Shown: one piece after another, positions 11,330-24,407 of the stretch
Layout: each line of letters begins with the position of its first letter
Numbering within the stretch: position 1 is the stretch's first letter
Origin: Camelus dromedarius
Taxonomy: Eukaryota
Assembly (NCBI RefSeq): GCF_036321535.1
Contig: NC_087438.1
Span: 6,946,001 to 7,010,000 of the forward strand
DNA: 64,000 nucleotides
Reading direction: 5' to 3'
The notes under the pieces: model-generated
Told to the model about the DNA's origin: nothing
Database searches by the model: none
The model's input: the letters and a program-made list of their open reading frames with translations, nothing else
Program-made: the position numbers and the translations under genes

Positions 11330-11813
11330 TGTCGGCTGAAATAAAATGCACAGCTAAAAGCTGAGAGTTTGTTTTATTTGGTGGACCTTCTGAGGACTCA
11401 GCCTGGATGGCAGCCTCTCAGACGGCTCTGAGGGATGGCTCCAAAGAGGTGGGGGAGGAGCCGGGATTTACGGGAGCTTTTATAACAAAGACCAAGGAGG
11501 CAGAACACCAAAAGATGGCTGTTAATTAAAGAAGACTGATGGCTGAGGTTTAGGAACTTAGCGCTTTTCTACGTGGGAAGGTGCACAGGTCTGGGCTCAA
11601 GGAAATCATCCCTTTGATGTGCCCCTAGCTCTCTAGGGCCAGTGTCCTGTGCTTTCCGATCCTGAGTCCCCTCAGGGGGCACCACTAGGGGTGGCCACAG
11701 AGGCCAGGCTGCCTGCTGTCTACATTCTGAGTCCCCCCACTCACTGTCGGGGGCAGTGGTAGCAGCTGATGACTTGATGGCCACAGCATGGCTTGCGATA
11801 TTTTTCATTCACA
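11330..11813. mobile_element. ERV1 solo LTR, MER41-like cetartiodactyl family
   Basis: TG...CA termini flanked by identical GAGGG (11325-11329 and 11814-11818). The body matches the recalled MER41_BT-type consensus (GGCAGCCTCTCAGA..GCTCTGAGGGA..GCTCCAAAGAGGT; GTTAATTAAAGAA; TCTGGGCTCA..GAAATCATCCCTTTGATG). Confidence 0.85.
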
Positions 11814-14800
11814 GAGGGTTGGTTCCATTTCTAAAAGGCTATATTGGAGGATCTATGATGTTACATTAAAATAAAAAATTCTCTGGTGGGTTCCCAGAAA
11901 GCAACGATCTTGTGTCCCTACAACTCACTCTTGTTCCTGAAACAGTCATCATAGAGTAACCACTGAGTGGTGTAGGACTGTGTCTCTTTGATCTTGCCAC
12001 AGGGGAGGCACTTCCCTGAGGGTTGATCTCCCAAGCCCACGTGCCGTGTCCCAAGGGCGGGGGAGTCACACCACGTACACGCCTCATCCCTGGCGACCAT
12101 CGCGTGGCAGAAGTGAGCAAATGTCATTTTTCACACAGTTCCCTAGACTCCTGCTGAGAGCACATTTGTAAATGATTCAACGGTGATGGAAACTGACACT
12201 ACACCGGAACCTTTCATCTTCCTGACAACCTGTCATAAAATCAAACGCAATCCATGACGGTGGTCTTTCGAGATCATTCCATGCTTGGACGGTCGTGTCA
12301 ACACCAGAGCAATCTGGGATATGTCAGTAGTGGAGGTAATTCCAAGGAGCCTGTACTGTCAGCACTCCAGAGCGGGTCCTCGGTACGAGTTCACTGGGCT
12401 ACAGGGTTCCTACCAGTGGAGCCACATCGGTGAGGAGAAGCCTGAGGGAGAAGTCACCGTCAGCTCACCCTCGAGGACACCCCTGACAAGTGCTGGGGTC
12501 AGACTAAGTGAAAGGCGTAGACCGGGTTACCCGGGCAGGTCTCATGACCCGTGATGTAAAATGTATGTTTAACACAGGCCACTCTGTCACCTGGAAACTG
12601 CTGCCCTTGAACAGGCGGTAAGCAGTGTGATGGTTTCTATGAGTTTTAAATCACATTGAAGGACAATAAGCAAGTATCCCAACACCCAGCAGAATCCTGA
12701 TCCTTCTTCACGAGACCTAGATGTTCAAGGAGGAAGTTCCAAATCTTAGATACTTCACAAGTGTCAGCATTTATGCCCTTTTGCCCCTCTGCCGCCACCA
12801 TCCACACGCACACCCCATTCACACTGGGAAAAGCCTGTACCCACAACAGCCTCTTTAGTAATGCAGCGTGGCGAAGAGGGCTGGAGACTGTTATCTTGTT
12901 CTTCTGCCCGAACCCAAGTGACAGGAGGAAACAGTTCCCAGCCCTCACAACCCTGAGATGCTAAAACCTGATTTGCAATTAGTTTGGTGCTGAATGCAAG
13001 TACCCAACAGAGCAGCACGGTAGCCAGACCCACGATGCCACCGCACGAAACCATTAATAGTGCGCTTGTTGGAGACGGTTTGAATGCAGAACAAAAGGTA
13101 CCTTGGAAATAATGGCCAGCTACAGAAACCACATTCCTGAGCGGCGAGGCCTGAATTTAATGAAATGATGTGAAATGTCTGCTTGAAGCATTTCAAGGGT
13201 TTGGAATGTACTCCCTCACTCTTTGGAATGGTTTGGGGTTGCACTGCTAATTAATACAAGTTCTCAGTGAAGTTCTGTGCACGTGTGCATGCGTGCATGT
13301 GTGCGGGTATGTGTGCATATGTGTGTGACAATAGCAAATACCTACACCAAAACGCACAATGCCAGAAACTGCATTTCTCTGGAAAGGAACACCATTAAGT
13401 TTTAGCATCCACATGCATGGTTTGGATGTATGCAGGAGCCTGCTTTAGGGATCAGGATGGTCATGATTCTGTAATGATCACTTCCTTTCCACCACTGCCA
13501 GCCTCTGTCTGCAGAGTTGTCTAATGGAGGTCCACAGAGAATAATCTGGAAGCCAGGAGGCCACAGGGACCTTCAGCACACAAGCAATAAGACATAAAAA
13601 CAAACTCGGCGAATGCAAAAAGAAAATTAAATTACCTTTAAAAGGGTTATGAAGCCAGCTAGGAATGCTGAGGAAATTCATATAAGCCTCTTGCTGGCTG
13701 TCTTTGCTCCTAGAATCTAAATTCCAAATGGTGTTGATGGGTACTCTCTCCAGTCCTTAAAAATACACCGATTCCTGTCACGTAAGGATGAGGGTTCAAT
13801 GAAGAATCAACATACAGTTCTCATAGGAGATGGAAGAAAACGTCAGAAAAGACACTAGTTAACAAACGAAGAGAAATGACAGCCTCAATCTGGATTTGGA
13901 GAGCACCTCATAAATTGTTTGCACAGACGTGACATTATTTACATGGTAATTTCATGCTTCTCAGTACACAGAAGACAATAAAACTTTTTAGGTGGCATAA
14001 TGGGACCATTAATTCTATTAATGGATCAACAATTCTTTCTAGACATTTTCTGTTGCTTCACCATCTTGATGTAATTGGCAGTATTGTTACATCTGCATTT
14101 CATCACCTCCTGGGAAAGGCAAGTCAGAAAGAAAATGAGTTTGCTAGCTTGCCCAGAAAAATAATATTTACTAGTGTCAAAATGTTTGAGGCACTTAGCT
14201 TCCTTTATTTGGAATGACCCCTTAGCCAAAGTAGTGGGGGAAAAAAATGTTTCAGGACTAAATAGTTTTCCACTCATTGAAAGAACAGAAGAAAGAGCTT
14301 TGTCTCCAATCCTTACTTCAGAAAGCACCCGAGACATGAGCCCGTACCAGCCACAAAACCCTAAGCTTCTCGAACTTGATGTTGCTACTGTTCCCTCAGA
14401 CTCAGCTGAGTCAGCTCCATTTCGGTGGCAATGCTCTGGAAGCAAAAAAATGATAGATGACGGTTGTGGTGAGCTCCATTTCCCAAGCTCAGGAGGAATT
14501 CTCTCCCCTCCGCAATCACATTTCATCACTTAATGTGCAATTTCCGCAGAGTACTCTCCAAACGGGGAAAGATAAGGAGGACGCCCTGGGATAGATTCAG
14601 ATTCAAGAGATTCGAGCCTCACCCTTCACCTGGAAAAATAGTCCATGTTGACCATCTGTAAATAGAATTATAGCGCCACCAACAACCAGCCCTGATGCAA
14701 AAGTGCCTCAGTGAACAAAAATTAAATGCCTATGAAAAATGTTCTCTGCCCATCAACGTCTATCTGTTCTGGCCTTCTTTGCTTTTCCCATTTGTCTTTA

Positions 14801-16249
14801 TTTTCACTGAGAGCCATACAGGATGCTGCCTTTCACTCCAAGCACATTTCTTCACAGCTGTGGCGGGGTGTGTATTGTCCTTGTCACCTATGGAGCTACA
14901 TGGGAGAAAGAAATTACTTATTGATTTTCCTTCCTGTGGAATGGTGTCTTTGGAACAGTTTCTTGCACTAGGTCAGGGATGCACACAGCTCCAGCAGTGG
15001 GAACTTAGACACTGCCAGGCTGGGGGTGTCCTGCTCACCTGCCAGCCCCTCTAGGCCGCTGCCCCTCCCAAGATCACCAGCTCCGAGCTCTTTTGATAAG
15101 ACACACTAAAAAAGAGTAGGCACTTCAGAAGTTGAAAGAATGAACAAAAAAAATGGTATTTTCCCACCTGACCGGTTGAAACAGCCTGGTGTGAGCTTTG
15201 TTTTATTCCTTTATTCTCAAAGAGGTTTGGGATGGCTCGCTCTGAAAGGACGATGCAGCTTAGACATGCGGAGAGAGCAGAAATAGACAAAGGCACAGAG
15301 CTGGATCAAGACCAGGCACAGGCAGCCGGCAGGCCCTGCATGCCAGGGGGTGGGAGGAAGCTGGGTGGGAGAGGTGAAGGACTCCTAAGAGAGGGAGGAG
15401 TCCTTCATAGCAGGCAGGGGCACCTGCGCTTTGTCTGGGGAGTGGCAAAAATCTGGCCCACCCCTGTTGTCTGTGTGGTTTTTGTTTTATCATGCGTGCT
15501 TTGCTTTGAGCGAACATTGATATTATAACATTATGTAAGTGTCCCATGTACAGCATCATGTTTCTTCTTGTGTGTACCCTTCAGAGTGCTTACTTCCCAC
15601 CAAAAGTGTAGTTTCCAGATAAGCCTTTATTGGATCAGAGTGCTCCACCTGAGGCCAAAGTGTCCCGGCCAGTGGCTCACGTAGACCTGCGTCTGTAGGG
15701 ACGGATGAAAGCTGAAGGTCTGGGGAAGACGGAGTCAGGCAGCAGCTCACACCCCACTGGCCCCGGGCCCCCACCCCACACTCTCTGTCTTTGTTCCTGC
15801 TGTGATCCCACTGGCCCTCGAGGGGGAGCCTCATTCTGCTCATCCTTCTGACAAATCCTCTTCTTGCTACAGAGATGCCCCAAACCCCAGCTTCCTGCCA
15901 TCAGCTTAGAGCACTCTGGAAGTTCCAGAGGGTCATTGGGTGATACTGGCTTTTTTTTTTTCAATGATTATAATAAAAGCCAGTTGAAATCTCTTTCTCC
16001 AAACTATACTTTAATTTTGTCCCAATGAGCTGCTCTCTGTAGGAGATACAGTAAGCTGTGAAGAAGACAGTTTTTAAAAGTCATCCGACTACCTCGTGCT
16101 TATAGATTAAGCCCTTGCTGCAGCTTTTGGAGAAGTAAACAAGAATCTGACTCAAATCAGGTTATGCTTGGTTGTAGTTAAAGAGAAAATGCCAAGGGGA
16201 ATAAGTCATCAACTCTTCTAATAACAAAATTATATAGATACAGATACAC

Positions 16250-16302
16250 AGATATGTACATCCTGTTGGTTCTGTTTCTCTAGAGAACCCTGGCTAACAC
16301 AC
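16250..16302 (+). mobile_element. MLT2 (ERVL) LTR 3'-terminal fragment
   Basis: ATCCTGTTGGTTCTGTTTCTCTAGAGAACCCTGGCTAACACA matches the MLT2 3' end. Confidence 0.8.
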
Positions 16303-16359
16303 ATGCACATACAGTAGGATCTCATTTTGATAAATTACTAAAACAATGTAGATTTAGTT

Positions 16360-16840
16360 GTCAACAACGGATCGCAGTGTGCCCCCAGTTTGTTCGGGCC
16401 GCCCAGGATCTATACTCTTGATAGGCCCTTCCACGCTGACTCTGGGCTGAGCCGTTTAACTCGACTTTTACCAGTGAGACCACAGCAAATGTGATCTAAG
16501 CAAAGACTAGAAAAGTGCTGCATGTTGGAGCCTACCTTTCTGCTCCTCTTGAAATCGGAGGCCATCGTGTGACCTGGCCCAGGGTCGGCTGCTGGAGGGA
16601 GCAGAAGCCACTGAAGACAGGTCCCAGATGTCCCACCTGTGCAAGTCAAGGCCGACCCACCAGCTGACTGCAGGTAAGGAGGAAGCCCAGGTGAGGTCAC
16701 CTGAGACTGGCCTGTGCCGGATGCCCAGCTGAACCCAGTCCAATTGCCAAAATGAAGAATCATGAGCTAAATAAACAGTGGGCATTTCAAGCTTCTAAGT
16801 CTGGGGATGGTTTCTTAATGAAGCAAATAATAACTAAAAC
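16360..16840 (+). mobile_element. MLT1G/H-type MaLR solo LTR
   Basis: CCAGCTGACTGCAG, CCCAGCTGAACCCAG, AGAATCATGAGCTAAATAAA, TTTCAAGCTTCTAAGTCTGGGGATGGTTT and terminal ATAACTAAAACA. Confidence 0.75.
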
Positions 16841-19683
16841 ATTACAATACAACAAAACAAGCCGAGCAGTCTATATCCTGAAGAGTCAACAGCGGTCATT
16901 TCTATGTAGAAATTATAGATGACTTTCTACTGTTCTCAGTACCTTTTCCCACTGTTTCTAATGAGTATACATTATGTCTCTGGGCAGAAAAAATAATAAA
17001 AGCACATTTTCATTTTGAAAAATTAATTTTTTAAAGTGATCTCTCTCTTCTCAGATTTTCTGCAGTAATTACTGTTTGCACCATGAATTCGCCAATTAAT
17101 CACAAAGTGTTTTGATATCTTGAACTGATTTAAGGCTCTCATTGCTATTCGACTATGGGAGCAGAACAGGGGAAGTGCATGTCTGTGTGTGCATCTTCCA
17201 TAGTTATTACATCTAGTACTGGCATAGCGTAGACTCATAAATGATTTGCTTTACTTTGACCTGAAATCACTATTTTGTATTAACAAGCAAGGCAGGGTAA
17301 GAAATAGAATATTTGCAAGAAAAGGAGAACCCCTGGCAGCGGTAATGTCCAAAACTAGTGAATTGCCTACAAACCCAATACCAGTGCATCTGGGGCCATC
17401 TGTACCTGCCTTTGCCCTGCATAAACAGAAGTTCCTTTGGTTACATTACGAATCCACTTCCAATTTCAAGCTTAACTCAGATAGATTTAAGCAATAAATA
17501 TACATACAAATCAGTAAATTAAACAAATTATGGAAATTTAGAATACACAGTTAAAATTCTGTTAAGAGAACTAACCTAGAAAGAGAATAGGTTTTGAAGA
17601 CAAGTGAAGCAAATAATGGAAAAATGCGTAAGCCAGAAGAGTTCAAACGTGAAGCTTCCAGAATATAATTTTTAGACAATATAGCCAAGAAGCCAAAAAG
17701 CATCCACCTTCAACCGAGTTAATAAAGAAACAAAGAAAGCAGGCATTGTGCAGCTTTCTTTGATTTTTCAAAAAGACTCCATGTAAACTTTCAAGAGGGA
17801 GGTGATACAGAAGAGGAGACACAGGCTGGATGAGAAAAGAAGCGGGAACGTAACTGCCGTCAAGTTCAAGACGGTCACTGGGCCACCTGGAGGAGGGCTA
17901 TGAGGCATCATAAAACCAAGTGGCTCTGACAGGACCTGAACACTGGGGCTCTGACATCTGCCGTCGGCACTAAAATGGGAGGGTGGAAAGGAGAATGAGA
18001 AGCAGTGTGACCAGGTTTAAAAGCATTTGAATCATTTAGGTAATTGGGTTAGCAGATGGCAAACGCAGTTCGTCCTTCAAGACTGTGAAATAATTCGTCT
18101 GGGAGACGGAAGCTAATCTGGTAATAATGACCCTCCGTTTAGGTAGCGTTATTCTTCACCAAGTACCTTTCACCAAGAGGTTCCCATAATGCCTCTGCGC
18201 TGACCGTGCACAGTGCAGTAAGATGCTGGCTGCAATGGAACAGCCCTCTGGGGGAGACGTATAATCTGTGTGACTGGGGCCGGATGAGAAGGTGCTGCTC
18301 GGAGGAGAAGCAGGGAAAGCCCAAGGTGGTCTGTAAACAGAAATGTCTTCTGGACACTCACTGGACAGAACTCAACCAGCAGAATGTTTGCTGGATTCTG
18401 AATGAGGGATTAGAGTGTTAGCTCCTTGGGGTAAGATTAAACATATATATATACACCAGATTTCAAGATTTTTTTCTAACTAAAGGGTTAAGGAGTTTAA
18501 CTTTATCTTCCCAAAATGATGAAGCACACACACACACACAAACACCTTTCAACTGGCCGAATGAAACTATTTAAAGTTTTGTAAATAATCCCCAAGACTG
18601 AGCAGGTGATTCAATGAGTGGTGGTCCCAGGGAGAATGATGAGAACATTGTTCTTTAACTGGCTGCTCTTGTTTCCCTCCTTCAGGGGCAGATTTCTCTC
18701 CTTTCTTTGCCCCACCTCCACTCCTCCTAGCTCTTGGTCAAGCAGAGGGTGTGGGATGTAGTTTTGATGGGACATGGTTAGACTTTAGTGCAATAAACAA
18801 CCAGATGTCCGGTCCTGCTCCCGACCACTCCACCAGTCACCTCAAGTAAACCAAGATAAGCCTCTGGAACATTTTGAGAGCTTGAATTTTCCATCCACCT
18901 AAAACAGTGATGTCACCTATAGATCAGATATGGCTTTGGATGAGTCAGGAGTGGATAGCCTTCTTATGTGAGATGATGCTTGAGCAATCAGAAGCCCAGA
19001 GAAGAGAGATGGAACCTTCCCTGCACAGCTTTGGAGGCACTTGAATTCCAAGTTCCCAGAGCCCAGCTGTTAAAAACACAGCACCTCTTGTTTATATAAC
19101 CAGGGAAATTTTACCTGAATCATTTCTCCCAAGGGGAGTAGGTGGGAGAGAGTCCAATTGAATCTACAAGTCATACTGCTGTAAGAATGAGGAAAGGGCT
19201 AGGTCTGCAGATGCACAGAAGGAAGAATGAGTAACCAGGACCAAAGGGACCGTGATTTTTCTTCCATCTCCCTGAGGGCCTTCCTCCTGTCAGAGGATCA
19301 GATCCAAGCCAGCCCGCAGCCCACCTCACAGTGAAGTCACCTGAAAGACTGAACTTAACACTAACGTGCGAGAGAGGTAGCAATCTCAGTCTGTACCATG
19401 CAGACTGCAGGGCCTTGGACCGTTCCCTCCCCCAAGTCCTTTCTCAGCTATACTCAGGAATCATAGCATTCGGTTCCAGGCATCGTATTTCAAGAGAGAC
19501 ATTGACAAAGGGATGTCTGATAAGTGGGGTGACATGCCTGGTGAGCCCTCTGGAACCAGATCATTTAGGGAGTAATTGATGGAATTAGGGATGTTCATTT
19601 TTTAAACTGGGGGACTTAAAATATTTTGAAGTGTGATCATGCATAAGAGAGATTTAACTCAGTCTGTTTAGATAACTCTGGAG

Positions 19684-20289
19684 CAGCCTTGTCTGGTAGA
19701 AATATAAAGTGAACCACATGGATGATTTTAAATTTCCTTCTACCAATTTAAAAAGTAAAGAGAAATTGGTGAAATTAATTTTGTACTTACATTATCATCT
19801 CATTACTGAGATATAATTGACATAAAACATTATGTTAGTTTCAAGCAGGCAACATAATGATCTGATATTTGTATGTATTGTGACATGTTCGCCACAATAA
19901 ATATAGTTAACATCCATCACAACACAGAGTTACAGTATTTTTCCCTTGTGATAAAAACTTTTAAGATCTACTCTCTTAGCAACTTTGAAATATTCAATAC
20001 AGTATTAACCATACTCACCATTAATTATATCCCATGACTTATTTATGTTACAACTAGAAGCCTGTAGTGAAATTAATTTTAATAATGGACTTTATTAACC
20101 CAATATATCCTAAATAGTATCATTATAACAGATCATCAATATTTTTAAAAAATTACTGAGATATTCAATAGCCATTTTTTCTTATTGGGTCTTTGAAATA
20201 CAAAATGCATTTGACACAATTCACACCAGCCACTTTTCAAGGACTCACCGGACACATGTTGCCAGTGGCCGCCACACTGATCAGAACAG
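19684..20289 (+). mobile_element. MER33 (hAT-Charlie) DNA transposon, interrupted by an L1 insertion
   Basis: Both halves match the recalled MER33 consensus. The 8-bp hAT TSD is CTCTGGAG (19676-19683) / CTCTAGAG (20290-20297). Confidence 0.85.
19783..20066 (-). mobile_element. 5'-truncated L1MA9-like LINE-1 3' end inside MER33
   Basis: GAGATATAATTGACATA...TTTAAGATCTACTCTCTTAGCAACTTTGAAATA; exact 14-bp TSD GTGAAATTAATTTT at 19769-19782 and 20067-20080. Confidence 0.88.
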
Positions 20290-22252
20290 CTCTAGAGCCT
20301 AAATTAGGCCATGACATCCTAGGAAAAATATCAGAGGATCTGTCTTCAATGTCCTGTGTGACCGAGGCCCAACCTTCTCTAAATTATTATGAGCCATAAA
20401 TGTTTGCTGCTGGTGGTAATTCCTCAACTGAAAAAAAATCCACAGCTCTTGTCTCTTTTCAACTAAAGCTAACAAAGGGCCACCTTTGTCGAGGTCCCTT
20501 TCTCCCTGTCATCTTCCACACCTTCCCTCCACCATGTGGCAAATGCCTGCAGCTCCTCCTCTGTCCTGCCCTCTTCCACGTCCTCTCACGTTCTGCGCTG
20601 TCACACCACCTCCAGGCTCCATCTCACACCTAGTTCCCGCACTGAACGCCCATGGACTGAGTCGTGACAGCGCATTACTGCAAACCACAGGCAGCTTGAC
20701 AACACCATCCACAGCTGCAAGCAAGGTAGCCGAAGCCCGGAAGCTCTCACAGCTACAGCGCTTCAGCCCGACATCAGTGCCCTCTGAGTTTCTCGTCTGT
20801 CTCGCAGTTGTTGCTGTTGTTGTTTTAGCAGACACAAGCTACAAAACTACTGTGAAAAGTATGTCCTCCAAGACTTGCCTATTTTTGTCTAATTCCAGGA
20901 GCCTAAACAGTTTTCTGAGCAAAAATTTTGTTCTAGAAAACCTCAGAGTGTGTTACCCAAGGGGTATTCCACCAAGAGAAGTCTACAGCTGGTGTATCAG
21001 GCAAAAGTCAGACCTACGGCTGTTACAGGTGTCTCAGAGTGTCTTGGGAATTGCAGAACTTTGGCCTGTGACCCTTCTGTAGATCCTTTTACATATGGCA
21101 GCTTTATAATACTTTATGCTAGAACGAGAAGCTAATAAATAGGGCTCTTATCCCTCTCTTTCTCTTTGACATCAGAAGAAATGGCCTCTGGTTCTCTCTA
21201 GTTGCATCCTCTCACTGTTCTTGGCACCAGATGATGCCAGCAAGTAAAAGTTGCTAAGTGTCGCTTTTAGAAAGAAAATAAGATGCATGTTAGGTCTCAG
21301 TGTGACTTAAGCAAAGTGCCAAGTTCAGGATTTTTTAAAATATCCACACCATAGGTATGGGAGAGAAAAAAAAAAGTGTCAGAGCAATCTGTGAATCCAA
21401 ATCCTTTTTAATTGCGATGTTGACTGTAGTTTTCATCTGCTGGTTTAGCAAAATGTCTGCACACCAAGAAAGACTACGTGTGTTAGCAGGTATGACCCTG
21501 CCAGCGGTCTCCACAGGCATGGGGAGTGGGGAACTGAGGAGTGCGGATTCTTTTAAGGCGTTATTTAAGGTTCTCCTCAACTGTCCACACCGCATATTGA
21601 TTTCCTGTCACAGCTCTATGTCTGGCGTGTAGGTACTCTCCATTGATCTAGAGAGAGCATTTTTAGTGCATCAAAGAGATACAGAAGGTGAGTCTCAGAG
21701 GGAAAGACGGAAGCCATGCTTTTAGGGCTGGACATGGCTAAGCAGTGTAAAAGTCACATCAAATATGAAGCTAAACTTGAGATTTTTTTTTAAAGCTTTG
21801 AAATCTGTTGATGTATGAGACTCAATGGGACACAAAAAAAGGTTAGAATTATTACTTCTTTTAACGGAAAAAACTCCCTTTGGTGGAATGGAAATAAGCC
21901 ATAGGACCTAATAAACTAAATTCTGCATATACCTTTTCACGGAGGACTTCAGGTTGTAAATTACAAGTGTGTAGGTTGTGAAGTTCAATCAGCAAGAAGT
22001 GATGTTGATAGGTCAAGGTCATGAGTCACTCCAAGGACAAGCTGGTTAGTTTTGCTCCATCATCAAAAGCTGTCCCAGGAACCCTGATGATGGAATCCAT
22101 GCTGTTACCAGCAGCAGGGAGAGGCTGACTTCATAGAGTCTATTATGGCAAAGGGCAAAACTGTTCTGGAACAGAGCTACCCACCTTCGAGGCCAGAATG
22201 CCAACCAGCCACAAAAGCCCTGAATGCACCAAAAGCTTAGATTTGAATTCAC

Positions 22253-22642
22253 TGTATTAGTGCGGCTGCCATAACAAAACACCACAGACCACGTGGCTTA
22301 GACAACAGAAATTTATTTCTCATGGCTCTGGAGGCTGGAAGTCTGAGATCAGGGTATCAGCACGGTCACATTCTGGGGGGAGCTCTTTCTCTGCCTTGGA
22401 GATGACCACCTTATCCTTGTGTGTTCACGTGACTTCTCCTTGGTTCAAGCACATGGAGGAAAAGAGAGGCCTCTGGTATGTCTTCCTGTTCTTATAAAAC
22501 CACCAGTCCTATCAGATTAAAACACTGCCCACTGACCTCACTTCACTTTACCTCCTAAAAGCTTTATCATCAAATACAGTCACATTAGGGGTATAGGGTG
22601 TCAACATATGAATTAAGGGGGGACTCAATTCAGTCCATAACA
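22253..22642 (-). mobile_element. MLT1A-type MaLR solo LTR
   Basis: TGTATTAG..GGCTGCCATAACAAAACACCACAGAC...CTGGAGGCTGGAAGTCTGAGATCAGGG...AATTCAGTCCATAACA. Confidence 0.9.
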
Positions 22643-23678
22643 CTTACCTTTCTTCACAGCTTTATTTCATCTTCCTAAGTAGACTTGGTCTTCACTTAAA
22701 AAAAAAAAGAAAAGAAAAGAAAAAGAAAGGATATCTTTTCTCCTCTGAGTAAGACAGAGTTTGGACATCCTTTACCCAAATTTTCTTAGGTACTAATAGA
22801 GTTGAACATGTAAGTGAATAATAAAAAGATAATCCACTTATATGTATGTGGATAACTAACTCAACTCATGAAGGCTATGAAGACAAAAAGCAAGGTCAAA
22901 GGAAGACAATTATGAATCTGCAAATGTGAGTTTCCAGTATGATGACTTGCATAGTTTCTGGTACTAAATAAACTTCCAATGTCAAATGAATGAATGAAGG
23001 AATATTTTCCAATAATGAATTAAAATCAAAGCCAGAAATGACCTCATTTGTCAATGCTTATTCAAGGCTAAATTTGACCTAAAATGACTTCCCTTTTAAA
23101 GTCAGGATTTCAAAATATAAAACTGTAGCATTTCAAAGACAGATAACTACATTTCTTATCAAATGCACTGGTTCTTGTAAAATAATTCAGTTTAATATAT
23201 ATCCAGTTTAATTAAAATTTATAAGTGGTTGTGGACCAAACCAAGTGTATCTTAATTAAATCTGAACATGGCTCACAGATGTTAAGGGCGACCCCAATTT
23301 TAATAAAGGAGAAGCAAATACAATCATTAGAGCCTTGGCTGAGTAATTCTGGTCAGGTGGGAAGCAAGATGAATGGGAGGCAAGACAGTCCCTTCTACTC
23401 AAGGCTGGAAGGTAAATGACCTGCTCATCAGAGCATACAGAAGACGGGGTGACCTGCTCAGGAAGCTGCCGAAGTGGCAATAGGGAGTTAATGTGCGAAC
23501 GTTCAAGTCCATCACCAGGTAACAACCTTACACCTGATAAGGAAGGAGGCAGCACCCACTCGGACAGTTCACACATCTTGGAAGGCCTCAGTCAGTTCTG
23601 CCACTGTTCAAACTCATCAAAACTGGAGGCAGACAGTCTCAGCAAAGCCCTTGCTCGAGGCTGTGAGTCCGCATGAAT

Positions 23679-23808
23679 AAGGTTACTCGGTGAAACATAG
23701 GGCACCCAGTTAAGTTAGAACTTCAGATGAACAACGAATAATTCTTTGCTATAGGTATGTCCCATGCAATACATATCCTGCATTTTTTTCCCTAAATTTG
23801 GCAACCCT
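23679..23808. mobile_element. MER53 (hAT) element with internal deletion
   Basis: CACCCAGTTAAGTTAGAACTTCAGATGAACAACGAATAATT...TATGTCCCA...CTAAATTTGGCAACCCT. Confidence 0.8.
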
Positions 23809-24407
23809 CTGCACAAACCATCTCCATCTTATGACAAAAGGCTCGTCAAGAAGCTTCCTGTCACCCCACGGGCTGAACAATCATTAAGGGCTGAAGGAAG
23901 TCCGACATGGTAACTGCACACCTGGGTTCCAGCCCTTAGAGGGCGTGGGAGAGACAACATGTGTTTTAACCATCAGGCGATTCCTATCCTCCTGGCTGGG
24001 AGTCCTTCTTTTTAATCTGTCTGCCTCTGAGCAGACAAGACCTGGAGGAATGTGTCAGTCAGAGGGGACTATGTGGTCAGATAATCGATCTAGAAACGTT
24101 TATCCCAGGTCTCTTCTGTAAACAGAGCTGTGCTGTTGATCGCATCTGAAATGAAGCCCCACAGCAACCTGCCCTCCAGGAGCCACCCTGGGGGGACTAA
24201 GAAATGAGGCCCTGGAGGGGGAGTGGCTTTATCAAGGCTTAGCTTGTTCTCACTGGCAGAGCCAAGACTAATGCTCTCCTATTACAAGTTATCCATCCAT
24301 GAGCTTTTTAGCACATAATGATGTTTATAAGTGCAAATGACACTCAAAGAAAAAAGATATTCTCTTCTAATTTGGATGCTCAGGAAAGATTCAGATAGTT
24401 AAAATAT

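Noticed and set aside
14026..14533. Overlapping 167-aa (minus) and 119-aa (plus) ORFs
   Set aside because: No recognisable domain and no convincing splice-site pair. ORFs of this length occur by chance in 64 kb.
20486..21082. 198-aa ORF
   Set aside because: Non-ATG start, pyrimidine-rich possibly L2-derived 5' part, no recognisable homology.
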